IMG/VR virus record: IMGVR_UViG_3300041585_000108
Location: 1-64,000 of that record
Strand: one strand, 5' to 3'
Length of the DNA stretch: 64,000 nt
DNA from: a virus
Below the pieces are notes generated by a model, which saw only the letters and a list, made by a program, of their open reading frames with translations, was not told the origin of the DNA and made no database searches. A program made the translations under genes and the position numbers. This document shows, piece after piece, positions 17,099 through 25,355 of this stretch. The first letter of the stretch is position 1. Each line of letters begins with the position of its first letter.

Positions 17099-17355
17099 TA
17101 ATCTTCCTTCATTTCTGTAAGTGCAATCTCATCTGAAAAAATGAAATCGTTTGTATCAAAAAGCTCAGTAACTTCTTCAAATCCATCGTGATATTTTATC
17201 ATAGACATGTATGCCCCTTGCGATATTACTACGCCATACCTTTGTTCTGGTATGATAAATACTATTGATGCTACGTCACCTTGTTCTTCCACCTGGCTTT
17301 CCTTCCAACTCGACTCTAATCCCGTATGATTCCAGGACCTTTTTAACCATTTCAA
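17098..17355 (-). CDS. Hypothetical protein (start uncertain)
   Basis: ORF track. Confidence 0.5.
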   Translation of the reverse strand: MKWLKRSWNHTGLESSWKESQVEEQGDVASIVFIIPEQRYGVVISQGAYMSMIKYHDGFEEVTELFDTNDFIFSDEIALTEMKED

Positions 17356-17599
17356 TATAATCTATAACTCTTAATCTCATACTTCCATCGTACTGTGAAA
17401 AATTATCTTCATATAGTCTGATTGCTAAAAACTCAGGATATTTTACTATATCCATCTGTAAGTCGTAAGCTGGGCTAGTAAGCTCTCTTACTTTTCTTGC
17501 CATTTCTTTTGTATAAAAAACTGGTTTGTTTGCTTCCCCAGTCCATTCATTAATTCCAAATTTAAAATGATCTTTATTTTTGTCTATAAAGTTAGCCAT
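17276..17599 (-). CDS. Hypothetical protein
   Basis: ORF track. Confidence 0.65.
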   Translation of the reverse strand: MANFIDKNKDHFKFGINEWTGEANKPVFYTKEMARKVRELTSPAYDLQMDIVKYPEFLAIRLYEDNFSQYDGSMRLRVIDYIEMVKKVLESYGIRVELEGKPGGRTR

Positions 17600-17900
17600 G
17601 AAGCCTCTTTATAGACTTAGATATTTCTTTTGTCTTATGAGAATTTTTTGATTTATCTGGTATGCCAGAGTTTAAATATACTCCACCCCAAACACCATAG
17701 TTATCTGATTTTACTCCAGCAGCATAACAAATTGAAATTACTGGGCAAGACATACACGCTTGATCAATGCTCTTAGCAACATTTACATCAGATTCGTATG
17801 AGTCAAAAAATAAATTTGTATCCATTCCTAAGCACAAGGCAAGGTCTTGCCACTCAAAATTATCTTTCTCAAGCCCTAGGCTATTTAAAAATTTTGACAT
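17592..17900 (-). CDS. whiB: WhiB-family Fe-S transcription factor
   Basis: W..ALC...LFF...CMSCPV...C...GVWGG; marks an actinobacterial host. Confidence 0.93.
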   Translation of the reverse strand: MSKFLNSLGLEKDNFEWQDLALCLGMDTNLFFDSYESDVNVAKSIDQACMSCPVISICYAAGVKSDNYGVWGGVYLNSGIPDKSKNSHKTKEISKSIKRLHG

Positions 17901-18111
17901 ATTTTGCTGGAAGCTTCCATAGCCCGTCATTATTGATTGCAAATTCTTCTGCAATCCCCCATTTATTTCTAAACAATCCTTTATTATTTGTAAATCCTAA
18001 TTGATCTTTTTCCCAAATAACTAATGAATAATTATTCCAAAATGAATCAAGGTCTTTGGACTTGGCTTTTTTAATTAACACATCTACGCCAAGCTCAGTT
18101 AGATTAAGCAA
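17881..18111 (-). CDS. Hypothetical protein
   Basis: ORF track. Confidence 0.6.
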   Translation of the reverse strand: MLNLTELGVDVLIKKAKSKDLDSFWNNYSLVIWEKDQLGFTNNKGLFRNKWGIAEEFAINNDGLWKLPAKYVKIFK

Positions 18112-18127
18112 TTGTCTTCCTGTCTAG

Positions 18128-18211
18128 TATCAATAGTCGGATTTGAACCGACACTCCACAATTGGAGGCAAATTTTAAGTCTGCTGCGTCTGCCGATTCC
18201 GCCATACTGAC
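18128..18211 (-). tRNA. tRNA-Leu (TAA)
   Basis: GGCGGAATCGGCAGACGC D-arm, CTTAAAA loop, long variable arm, GGTTCAAATCC. Confidence 0.9.
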
Positions 18212-18225
18212 ATAATGCTAATACT

Positions 18226-18254
18226 ATTATACTATCCTAAATTGGACATGTCAA
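18226..18254 (-). promoter_or_regulatory. SigA-type promoter TTGACA-17-TATAAT
   Basis: Perfect consensus upstream of tRNA-Leu. Confidence 0.8.
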
Positions 18255-18397
18255 CTATTTTTAAATATTTTTATTAATTCTACGCTTTTTATTTCATCAT
18301 CTACGCTAAATATATCTCTAACATATTCTTTTGCATCCGCCTCATTAAAAGCTTGAACCTCTAGCTCAACATTTAATTCAATATAATAGGTATTCAT
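18251..18397 (-). CDS. Small hypothetical protein (MNTYYIELN...)
   Basis: Non-overlapping part of track ORF. Confidence 0.55.
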   Translation of the reverse strand: MNTYYIELNVELEVQAFNEADAKEYVRDIFSVDDEIKSVELIKIFKNS

Positions 18398-18416
18398 TTG
18401 CTTAACTGTTTTCTTG

Positions 18417-18977
18417 CTAGCTGGGCAAACTTTTTGCCGAAGCCCTTTTCTTAGTAGATTTAGCAGGAGATGGAGTTGATCCAAATTTAGGACGACCAAA
18501 TCCAACAATTGAAATCATAACTTTCTTGGGGTTCTTCTTGTAAGCACGAAGTTTCTTGGCAACCTGCCCGCCATTACGTTGGCTTCCCTTGTCATCAGAG
18601 CTTGTATTACCTTCAATGCACCAAACTGTTCCGTCACCATTGTCTTTAACAACAATGCCTACGTGAGAAATTCTATCGACACCATCTGCGGGAAAATCAA
18701 AGTAAGCGATATCTCCTGCATCTGGGTCCGCTAAGTTGCCATCAATCCAAGCTCCAGCTTTCTTAAATGCTGCTGCACCACCAGGTGTGTAAACGGTATT
18801 AGGTACCTTTACTCCAGCTTCGTTAGCACACCAGTTTACGAATGAACCGCACCATGGCTGAAAGTTAGCTTTAGCGTACTTTCCATACTTGGTCTCGTTA
18901 TCTTTTGGACCTTCAATAGTCCCAAGTTCTGCTGTAGCTACTTCAATAAGTTTAGCTACTGTTCCTTTATCTGCCAT
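18417..18977 (-). CDS. Endolysin, CHAP/NlpC-P60-type amidase
   Basis: PWCGSFV, SHVGIV and IEGNTS motifs. Confidence 0.9.
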   Translation of the reverse strand: MADKGTVAKLIEVATAELGTIEGPKDNETKYGKYAKANFQPWCGSFVNWCANEAGVKVPNTVYTPGGAAAFKKAGAWIDGNLADPDAGDIAYFDFPADGVDRISHVGIVVKDNGDGTVWCIEGNTSSDDKGSQRNGGQVAKKLRAYKKNPKKVMISIVGFGRPKFGSTPSPAKSTKKRASAKSLPS

Positions 18978-19171
18978 TACTTGTTCCAATCCTCATCTAC
19001 TGGTTGCTCTTCTGGCATTGCACCATCTGGCTTTGCTGCTAAACGTGCAGCGATAGCATCTAAGTCTGCTGTTGAATAACGATATTCTTTTTTAACCATT
19101 TGTTGCTCCTTGTTTTGTAGTATCAGGTGTAATTTTTATTACATCCTTTGTGCAGGTCTGAGTTGCCTCAT
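18977..19171 (-). pseudogene. Two stub genes directly upstream of the endolysin (40-aa 18977-19099; out-of-frame stub 19092-19171)
   Basis: Leaderless ATG at 19171 stops after 10 codons while another frame reads EATQTCTKDVIKITPDTTKQGATNG*; the next ORF keeps its SD and TAATG coupling but has no TM segment. Confidence 0.55.
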
Positions 19172-19192
19172 GAATCTATTATACCACTTTAA

Positions 19193-20140
19193 CTACATTG
19201 GATTATCCGTTTTATAAAAACCATTATCTTTAATTTGTTTATAAAAATCTTCAGCTATATGCAAATTTTTATGAATGCCCCAGTGTGGTCTATGTCCTGC
19301 TTTCCTGTCTGCACCTTGATAAAATAATTCATTTTTTCTATCTTCAGGGTGACAGTCTAAAGAATTAAATTCACCATATTCGTCTGAGTTTTCAATAATA
19401 TTAGAATTAGTTTCATTTTTATCATAAGGAATTTTCCAATCAAAAGCATCTATATAGCAGTAGCCTTCGTGGTGTTTTGGGTAAAACAAATTAACTTCAT
19501 TGTAAATATTTTTTTGATATATAGGGTCCCAGCTACTCCAAAAAAATTTAATATTATTTGAAATGCAGTATTGTCTTAGCATGTCAATAAAAATATTTTC
19601 ATAAAAAAATACAAATTCTTCTGTCAAAATATGTTGTGGGTCGTAAGGAGCTTTCCCATATGGGATAAAGCTATCATATATTTCTGAATATTCAACCATT
19701 GGCAAATAATCATGTCTTTCAAACTGAGTTCTTTTAAATACATTTTTGGTTTCCATTTTACCTTTTGTATAGGGTGTGTTTATTCTACAAAATGGAAAAA
19801 GTCCTATAACAATTTTAGGGTTGCCAAATTTTTCAAAATAATAAAAAGCTTTTGATACTTGTCCCATTATGGAATCTCCACGCGCACCTAAATTGGAGCT
19901 ACTCAAATTTAATTTTTTAGATAAGACTGAGCTCCATATGTATTCTTCTGGAAGCCCTTGCCCGTACGTCAGAGAACAGCCAAGAAATAGTATGTCTGAA
20001 TTTTCTTCAAACTCTCTGCTTCTATAGCCCAAGCTGTTAATGTTATATTCTATTTCTACTATGTCCGCGTTTTTTCCAACATGCTCTCTTCCTGGGCCTT
20101 CCTGTAATTCATTTACAAAGAGCCTTTTAATATTTTTTAT
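19193..20140 (-). CDS. SGNH/GDSL-hydrolase-like protein; frame open to an ATA at 20140
   Basis: NSLGYRS, LFLGCSLTYGQGL, NLG..G.S and HWG..HIAE motifs. Confidence 0.65.
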   Translation of the reverse strand: MKNIKRLFVNELQEGPGREHVGKNADIVEIEYNINSLGYRSREFEENSDILFLGCSLTYGQGLPEEYIWSSVLSKKLNLSSSNLGARGDSIMGQVSKAFYYFEKFGNPKIVIGLFPFCRINTPYTKGKMETKNVFKRTQFERHDYLPMVEYSEIYDSFIPYGKAPYDPQHILTEEFVFFYENIFIDMLRQYCISNNIKFFWSSWDPIYQKNIYNEVNLFYPKHHEGYCYIDAFDWKIPYDKNETNSNIIENSDEYGEFNSLDCHPEDRKNELFYQGADRKAGHRPHWGIHKNLHIAEDFYKQIKDNGFYKTDNPM

Positions 20141-20331
20141 TATTTTAAGTTATCCGTCCTATAAAAACCATTTCCTTTAAACTGTATCGCAAAGGAAGTA
20201 AAAAATCTTGACATAACAGAATCACATTCTTTGCAGAGATATCCTGGATCATTTTCAGACATAGATCTAGTTACTTGAAGTAATGCGTGGGATTTATTTT
20301 GATTACAGTTATATTCATATATGGGCATCAC
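20140..20331 (-). CDS. FmdB-family Zn-ribbon protein
   Basis: MPIYEYNC...CKEC...FKGNGFY.TD. Confidence 0.85.
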   Translation of the reverse strand: MMPIYEYNCNQNKSHALLQVTRSMSENDPGYLCKECDSVMSRFFTSFAIQFKGNGFYRTDNLK

Positions 20332-20735
20332 TCACCGTTTGTTTTCCTTACTTTAGCTAAGGCCACAAAATCTTTAACTTTTGTGTCCCCCATATATTTC
20401 CAGGCATAACCATTTAAAATCATCTGCTCATTTACTGAAACAGCAGAGTTATCTAAATAAAGCCATCCTAGAATACGACCATACTTTTCAGATGAATTTA
20501 TTTTTTCTGTTTTAATAACAATATTTTTAGCAGAATTAATCTTATTCTTTAAATATGCTTTTGCTTCAAGGCCTAGGGCTTTTTCCATTTTGTTTAAGGT
20601 TCTGCTTTCTGGTGTATCTATACCAGAAAGTCGAACTCTTGAGGTAAACGATATATCAAATCCAAGATCAATATCTACATCTATTGTGTCTCCATCAACA
20701 ACCTTTATTATTTTTTTTACATAATATTCAAACAT
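20328..20735 (-). CDS. Thermonuclease (SNase-like)
   Basis: VVDGDT, VRLSGIDTPE and KYGRILG motifs. Confidence 0.9.
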   Translation of the reverse strand: MFEYYVKKIIKVVDGDTIDVDIDLGFDISFTSRVRLSGIDTPESRTLNKMEKALGLEAKAYLKNKINSAKNIVIKTEKINSSEKYGRILGWLYLDNSAVSVNEQMILNGYAWKYMGDTKVKDFVALAKVRKTNGE

Positions 20736-20829
20736 TTTTCTCCTTATTTTAATTTGTTTTTAATAAAATTACAAAAATATTCTGCGGCAATATTAAAAAA
20801 CTTTTTCCTAGTCTTGTGAAACAACGCCG

Positions 20830-20901
20830 CACCCCTGGCTGGAATCGAACCAGCGACAAACAGATTAGAAGTCTGTTGCTCTTCCGCTGAGCTACAGAGG
20901 T
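20830..20901 (-). tRNA. tRNA-Arg (TCT)
   Basis: Cloverleaf with CTTCTAA loop. Confidence 0.92.
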
Positions 20902-20905
20902 ATTG

Positions 20906-20988
20906 CGAAAGTAACAGGATTTGAACCTGCGGATCTTTCAATCTACGATTTAGCAAACCGTTACATTCGACCACTCTGCCATACTTCC
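20906..20988 (-). tRNA. tRNA-Ser (GCT)
   Basis: TTGCTAA loop, long variable arm, G discriminator. Confidence 0.9.
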
Positions 20989-20993
20989 TTTCG

Positions 20994-21065
20994 TAGCCCC
21001 ACAGGTATTTGAACCCTGTTCACCAAGCTGAAAGCCTGGTATTCTTGCCCATGTACGATGGGGCC
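20994..21065 (-). tRNA. tRNA-Glu (TTC), somewhat degenerate
   Basis: GGCCCCA/TGGGGCT acceptor stem, CTTTCAG loop; mismatches in T- and D-stems. Confidence 0.75.
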
Positions 21066-21069
21066 TTAG

Positions 21070-21143
21070 TGTGCTAAGTAGGACTCGAACCTACGACGAC
21101 CAAATTATGAGTTTGGGGCTCTAACCAACTGAGCTATTAGCAC
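21070..21143 (-). tRNA. tRNA with CAT anticodon (Ile2 or elongator Met)
   Basis: GTGCTAA/TTAGCAC acceptor stem, CTCATAA loop; lacks initiator features (paired 1:72, no GGG/CCC anticodon stem). Confidence 0.88.
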
Positions 21144-22581
21144 CAGTTATTATATTATACCTATAATGTTCTTGCCAGTCAATAGCGTCTTGTTTGTCAT
21201 TTAATAACGGCTGTCCTTTTATATTTAAGCTTGTATTTAAAAGCACTGGACATCCAGTATCCCAATACCATTTTCTTAAAAGCATATGAAGCCCTGGATG
21301 CTGGTCTCGATTAACTGTTTGAACTCTAGATGTTCCATCTTTATGAACAACAGATGGTATTGCTTTGGGATACTTGCATTTTACTGTATATTGCATATAT
21401 GGAGATGCAAAATTCATATCGAACCATTCATTTGCAAATTCTTCAAGAACTACTGGTGCAAACGGCCTAAATAACTCTCTTTGTTTTATCAAATTAACTT
21501 TATCTTTGATGTCTGGATCCCTAGGATCAGCTAATATACTTCTATTCCCTAAAGCTCTTGGCCCATATTCTGCTCTACCATTTGCTACTACTGCTATTTT
21601 GTTTATTTTTAATTCTTGAAATATTTGGTCTACAGGATATTTGCCTCCCATATCATGCCCAAGGTACGGGGATTCCCATTTTAAATGCTTTCCATATAAG
21701 GCTGCTGCTGCTCCAAGCGAGCTTCCAGCATCTCCTGGATTTGGCATGATCCAAATATCATCAAAAAGTTTCCAAAGTAAGGTGTTGGCCGAAGAATTTA
21801 GTGCACACCCACCCATAAATACAAGATTGGTCTTCCCAGTTATTTTTCTTGCCATCTGCATGAATTCAAAAAGTCTTTGTTCGTAAACCTTTTGAACTGC
21901 TGCTGCAACATCAAACTTATCTTGTTTGCCCATCCATCCCCAATCCCATATTCCTTTGTGAAAATTATATGATTGTTTATTTATTGATGGAAAGTAATCA
22001 TTAATTCTATTAAAATATTTATTTGGGTCCCCATAAGCTGCCATTCCCATCATTATATACTCTTCTTGATTTGGCATTAACCCAATTAGTTTTGTAAATG
22101 CAGAATAAAATAATCCAAAGCTAACTGGGTAATTTTGTTTATGTCTGAGTGTTATTTTTTCCCCTTCTCCAATCCAAACTGTGGAGGTGTTGTATTCTCC
22201 TATTGCATCTAAAACAACAATTACCGCATCATTAAAGTGACTTGTATAATACCCTGCTGCAGCATGAGAATAATGATGTTTAAAATATTTTGTTGGAACT
22301 TTTTCCCCAAACATATTATTAATTACATAGCTTGGTTTCCAGTCTCCAGAACCACCCTTTAAAATAAGCCTTGAGGCTTTTAATAAAGGCTTTTCATAGT
22401 AAGCAATTTTATCTGGGAATCCATACTGTAAAGCATTTTCAATTAAATTATTATTAATGTACCAATCATTTTTTTGCTTGCTATATCTTTCTGCATGTCC
22501 TGCAAATAGTATTTCTCCGTCTTTAATTAAAGATATTGATGCGTCATGAGAAGTCTCATTAATTCCTAAAATTATACTAAT
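21121..22581 (-). CDS. Carbamoyltransferase (NodU/CmcH/TobZ family); frame extends 89 codons upstream of the track start to an ATT
   Basis: IILGINETSHDAS, AERYSK.K, HHYSHAA, GGCALN, EYGPRALGNRS, RELFRPFAP and LLNTSLN motifs. Confidence 0.9.
   Translation of the reverse strand: MSIILGINETSHDASISLIKDGEILFAGHAERYSKQKNDWYINNNLIENALQYGFPDKIAYYEKPLLKASRLILKGGSGDWKPSYVINNMFGEKVPTKYFKHHYSHAAAGYYTSHFNDAVIVVLDAIGEYNTSTVWIGEGEKITLRHKQNYPVSFGLFYSAFTKLIGLMPNQEEYIMMGMAAYGDPNKYFNRINDYFPSINKQSYNFHKGIWDWGWMGKQDKFDVAAAVQKVYEQRLFEFMQMARKITGKTNLVFMGGCALNSSANTLLWKLFDDIWIMPNPGDAGSSLGAAAALYGKHLKWESPYLGHDMGGKYPVDQIFQELKINKIAVVANGRAEYGPRALGNRSILADPRDPDIKDKVNLIKQRELFRPFAPVVLEEFANEWFDMNFASPYMQYTVKCKYPKAIPSVVHKDGTSRVQTVNRDQHPGLHMLLRKWYWDTGCPVLLNTSLNIKGQPLLNDKQDAIDWQEHYRYNIITGANSSVG
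21154..21182 (-). promoter_or_regulatory. Promoter TTGACT-17-TATAAT for the tRNA cluster, inside the carbamoyltransferase 3' end
   Basis: Consensus hexamers 10 nt before the first tRNA. Confidence 0.7.
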
Positions 22582-22642
22582 TTTTTGTTATCCCTTCAAT
22601 AAATTTTTTTGTTTAATTAAAATCATAATTAAAATATTTTAT

Positions 22643-22732
22643 TTAATATGTAAATCTATCTTTATTTTTATTTTTTTTATAAAAAATTTTATTGATAATG
22701 GCATAAGCATAGTATTTTATTTTTAAAATCAT
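22643..22732 (-). CDS. Very small basic protein
   Basis: Manual translation MILKIKYYAYAIINKIFYKKNKNKDRFTY; AGGA SD. Confidence 0.45.
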   Translation of the reverse strand: MILKIKYYAYAIINKIFYKKNKNKDRFTY

Positions 22733-22749
22733 TACTAAATCCTATTCTA

Positions 22750-22989
22750 TTAATTTATATTATTTTTATTAAATTCTTCAACAATTTGTTGAACATATTC
22801 AGAAAAATGTTTTCTAATTGAGCCTGCTGGTCTGCTACCAATACTATCATATATTTTTTTGTACTCTAGCACATTTTCATATGTTGTTGGACACAAAATT
22901 ATTTTATTATAAGATTTAAGATTTATTGGTAATGGCACATGTTTTGTACAACACTTACACTGTTTTGCTTTTTCTTGATACTTGCTCAT
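22750..22989 (-). CDS. Hypothetical protein
   Basis: ORF track; ATGA overlap with terL. Confidence 0.65.
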   Translation of the reverse strand: MSKYQEKAKQCKCCTKHVPLPINLKSYNKIILCPTTYENVLEYKKIYDSIGSRPAGSIRKHFSEYVQQIVEEFNKNNIN

Positions 22990-24791
22990 ATTATCTCCAT
23001 ATTTTCAATTGACCTTGCTAGGCTTTCTGGCATTCTTGGTGCACGAATCATATTCTGAACGTACTCAACTTCTCCATCAGAGCTATTGGCAAAATCGTTG
23101 TCGTAGCTCATTGACTCGTAGTCATGAATTTTTATTTCCTCATCCCTTTTTATTCTAGTCTTACTAATACAGTTGTATACTGCCCCACATACAGCATCTG
23201 CTAAATCCTTAGAGCCTTTTCTAGGGTGGTCTATTTTATCTCTCATAATTCTTAGCTGAAGTAATTCATCAATTAATAATGAAATATGTGGGCCTCGCAA
23301 ACGCTCTTCTAAAACTACCATAGCCATATCATCATAATGTTTTTTGGCAACAGAAAGAATTTCAGTATTAATTCCATAAGATTTTAATTGCTGCATCATA
23401 TCATGAGAATTCCATCTGTCAAATGTGCACAGCCTTATGTTGAATCCACGAGTTCTAAGAGACAGGATATAATCTTTTACTTCAGTAAAATCTACAGATT
23501 TATCTGGTGTTGGGGTCCAAAATCTTACTGCATCAATTTCAACTATTGGGGCTGGTTGAGAATAAGTGTCTGTTACTTTTACCTCAACCCACTTATTTAC
23601 GTGTCCCATTGCAACAGCACAATGATCATGTTTTTGAGCAAGGTCTACGTGTATAAAGTACTCTTTGCCTTCTTCTGGTTTAAACCATTCTTCAAGTCTT
23701 CCAAATTTATCTACAGCTAAAGCTGCATTATTGAATGCACTTTCAATTTTACTCCTTGACTTAAAAAAAGCATCTACGGCATCTGATGGCATGCATGCAA
23801 ATCTACTTAGTGCATCTGGTAAATTTTTATGAAATGCAACGGTAAAGTCTGTTATTTTTTTTGTAGGGTTTACTTCCCATGTGGGTCTTTTTAATGCAAA
23901 AACTTTAGGATAAACATATGAAACAATATGGTCTTCTTCCCATGAAACCTCAAACTCATTTCCCTCTGTATTATCTGGAAGATCAATATCTAGTTTCAAT
24001 GTCTGGGTTCTAATAATTGTTTCTTTTTCTGCAATAACTGACTCATAAAATTTTTGAATAGGATCATTTTTAAATCTTGGAAATGAAAGCAAAATAATTT
24101 TACCAAAGTCTGGAAATCTAGAATCAACTGATGCCCTATACATATCGTAGATTGCTTCTGCTGTTTTTGCCTGATCATGCCCGCTTGTATTTTCAGTTGC
24201 AAATCCTGAAATCTCATCTAAAATTACAACTAAAACGTTGTATCCTTCAAAAGCTTCTCTTTCTGAGTGCCCTGAATGAACTGTAATAGATTTATCAAAT
24301 TTTATTTCAGAAGCTTTATCTGTATATTTTCCTGCAAACCATGGTGAGCTTTCGATACGCATCTTAAATCCTTTAAAGAAAACGTTATTTGCTTGTTGAG
24401 CATTTATTGCTATATTAAGAATATCAATAGCATCTCTTGGTGGTTTCCCATAGTATGCTGCTGGATTTTTTAGGCATAGCAATAAATACACTATGTATGC
24501 CACTGAAATAGTTGAAGAATAATCTTTTCCAGACCCTTTGCCTAATTGAGCAATTATCTCAACACATGTCTGCTTAAACATTTTTTTGCCAAGCTCTTCG
24601 CCATAAAGTTTTATGAGGGTAGATTCTTTGTATATCTGAGAGCTTTTTGATATTAAAGTATACTGATGTTCTGAAAGTGGTGGAAGGCTCATGTAGTCTG
24701 GGCTTGTTACAAAAGTTTGCAGATCTACTGGACGTTCTTCAAACTCTTCTCCGTCTAGTATTTCTATAAAATCAGAAAAATCAAACGACAT
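22986..24791 (-). CDS. terL: Terminase large subunit
   Basis: GKGSGKD Walker A, VILDE Walker B, HVDLA...FDRWNS...KDLADA nuclease domain. Confidence 0.92.
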   Translation of the reverse strand: MSFDFSDFIEILDGEEFEERPVDLQTFVTSPDYMSLPPLSEHQYTLISKSSQIYKESTLIKLYGEELGKKMFKQTCVEIIAQLGKGSGKDYSSTISVAYIVYLLLCLKNPAAYYGKPPRDAIDILNIAINAQQANNVFFKGFKMRIESSPWFAGKYTDKASEIKFDKSITVHSGHSEREAFEGYNVLVVILDEISGFATENTSGHDQAKTAEAIYDMYRASVDSRFPDFGKIILLSFPRFKNDPIQKFYESVIAEKETIIRTQTLKLDIDLPDNTEGNEFEVSWEEDHIVSYVYPKVFALKRPTWEVNPTKKITDFTVAFHKNLPDALSRFACMPSDAVDAFFKSRSKIESAFNNAALAVDKFGRLEEWFKPEEGKEYFIHVDLAQKHDHCAVAMGHVNKWVEVKVTDTYSQPAPIVEIDAVRFWTPTPDKSVDFTEVKDYILSLRTRGFNIRLCTFDRWNSHDMMQQLKSYGINTEILSVAKKHYDDMAMVVLEERLRGPHISLLIDELLQLRIMRDKIDHPRKGSKDLADAVCGAVYNCISKTRIKRDEEIKIHDYESMSYDNDFANSSDGEVEYVQNMIRAPRMPESLARSIENMEII

Positions 24792-25320
24792 TTGATTCTT
24801 CTATAATTGTAATAGGCTCAACTATTCCAGTAATTTGAGATAATCTTTTAGCTACTTCTATTTTGCAATGATTGCAGCTAGAGGTTACTTCTTTTAGTAT
24901 ACTAACAAGCATCTCTTGCTTTCTTTCATTTTCTAAAATCTGAGATGCCATCTCATTGTTTTCAAGTAGGCCTACTGACTGAAGCATAGCAATCCTTTTT
25001 GTTTCAATGTCTGCTATTAGCTTTAATGTTCCTGATTTAACGCCCAGTTGTCCTTGGGTATCCGCATCTTCAACTGTTTTCCAGGCCTCTTTAATTAACA
25101 TATCATAGTGTTGATCTGCACCCATAAGGGCTTCCTTGGCTCTATCTCTTACATTAGTATCATTATGAACTACAGACTTCCATTCATCAATGTACTCTAG
25201 AACTTCTTTTCTTGTAAAGCCTGTCATGCTTGCTATCTGAGTAGCAGAATTTCCTCTTAGTAATTCCGACACAACCTTATTCATTTTATCAAAGTGTACG
25301 GAAGGCTCTATTTCGCTCAT
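24781..25320 (-). CDS. HTH protein, probable terminase small subunit
   Basis: N-terminal HTH plus helical region directly upstream of terL. Confidence 0.6.
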   Translation of the reverse strand: MSEIEPSVHFDKMNKVVSELLRGNSATQIASMTGFTRKEVLEYIDEWKSVVHNDTNVRDRAKEALMGADQHYDMLIKEAWKTVEDADTQGQLGVKSGTLKLIADIETKRIAMLQSVGLLENNEMASQILENERKQEMLVSILKEVTSSCNHCKIEVAKRLSQITGIVEPITIIEESNVV

Positions 25321-25326
25321 TAAATT

Positions 25327-25355
25327 ATTATACTTCTAGTCAACTAAAATGTCAA
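25327..25355 (-). promoter_or_regulatory. Promoter TTGACA-17-TATAAT giving a leaderless terminase transcript
   Basis: Perfect consensus; ATG 6 nt downstream. Confidence 0.75.

Noticed and set aside
20744-20974. 76-aa track ORF
   Set aside because: Overlaps tRNA-Ser and tRNA-Arg; at most the last ~27 codons may be a gene remnant.
22578-22626. Possible further deleted gene before the carbamoyltransferase (MILIKQKNLLKG* / KFIEGITKN*)
   Set aside because: Too short and AT-rich to separate from chance without homologues.
22643-22732. Suspected frameshift in a homopolymer-rich small ORF
   Set aside because: Recounting the bases gives an intact 29-aa frame.
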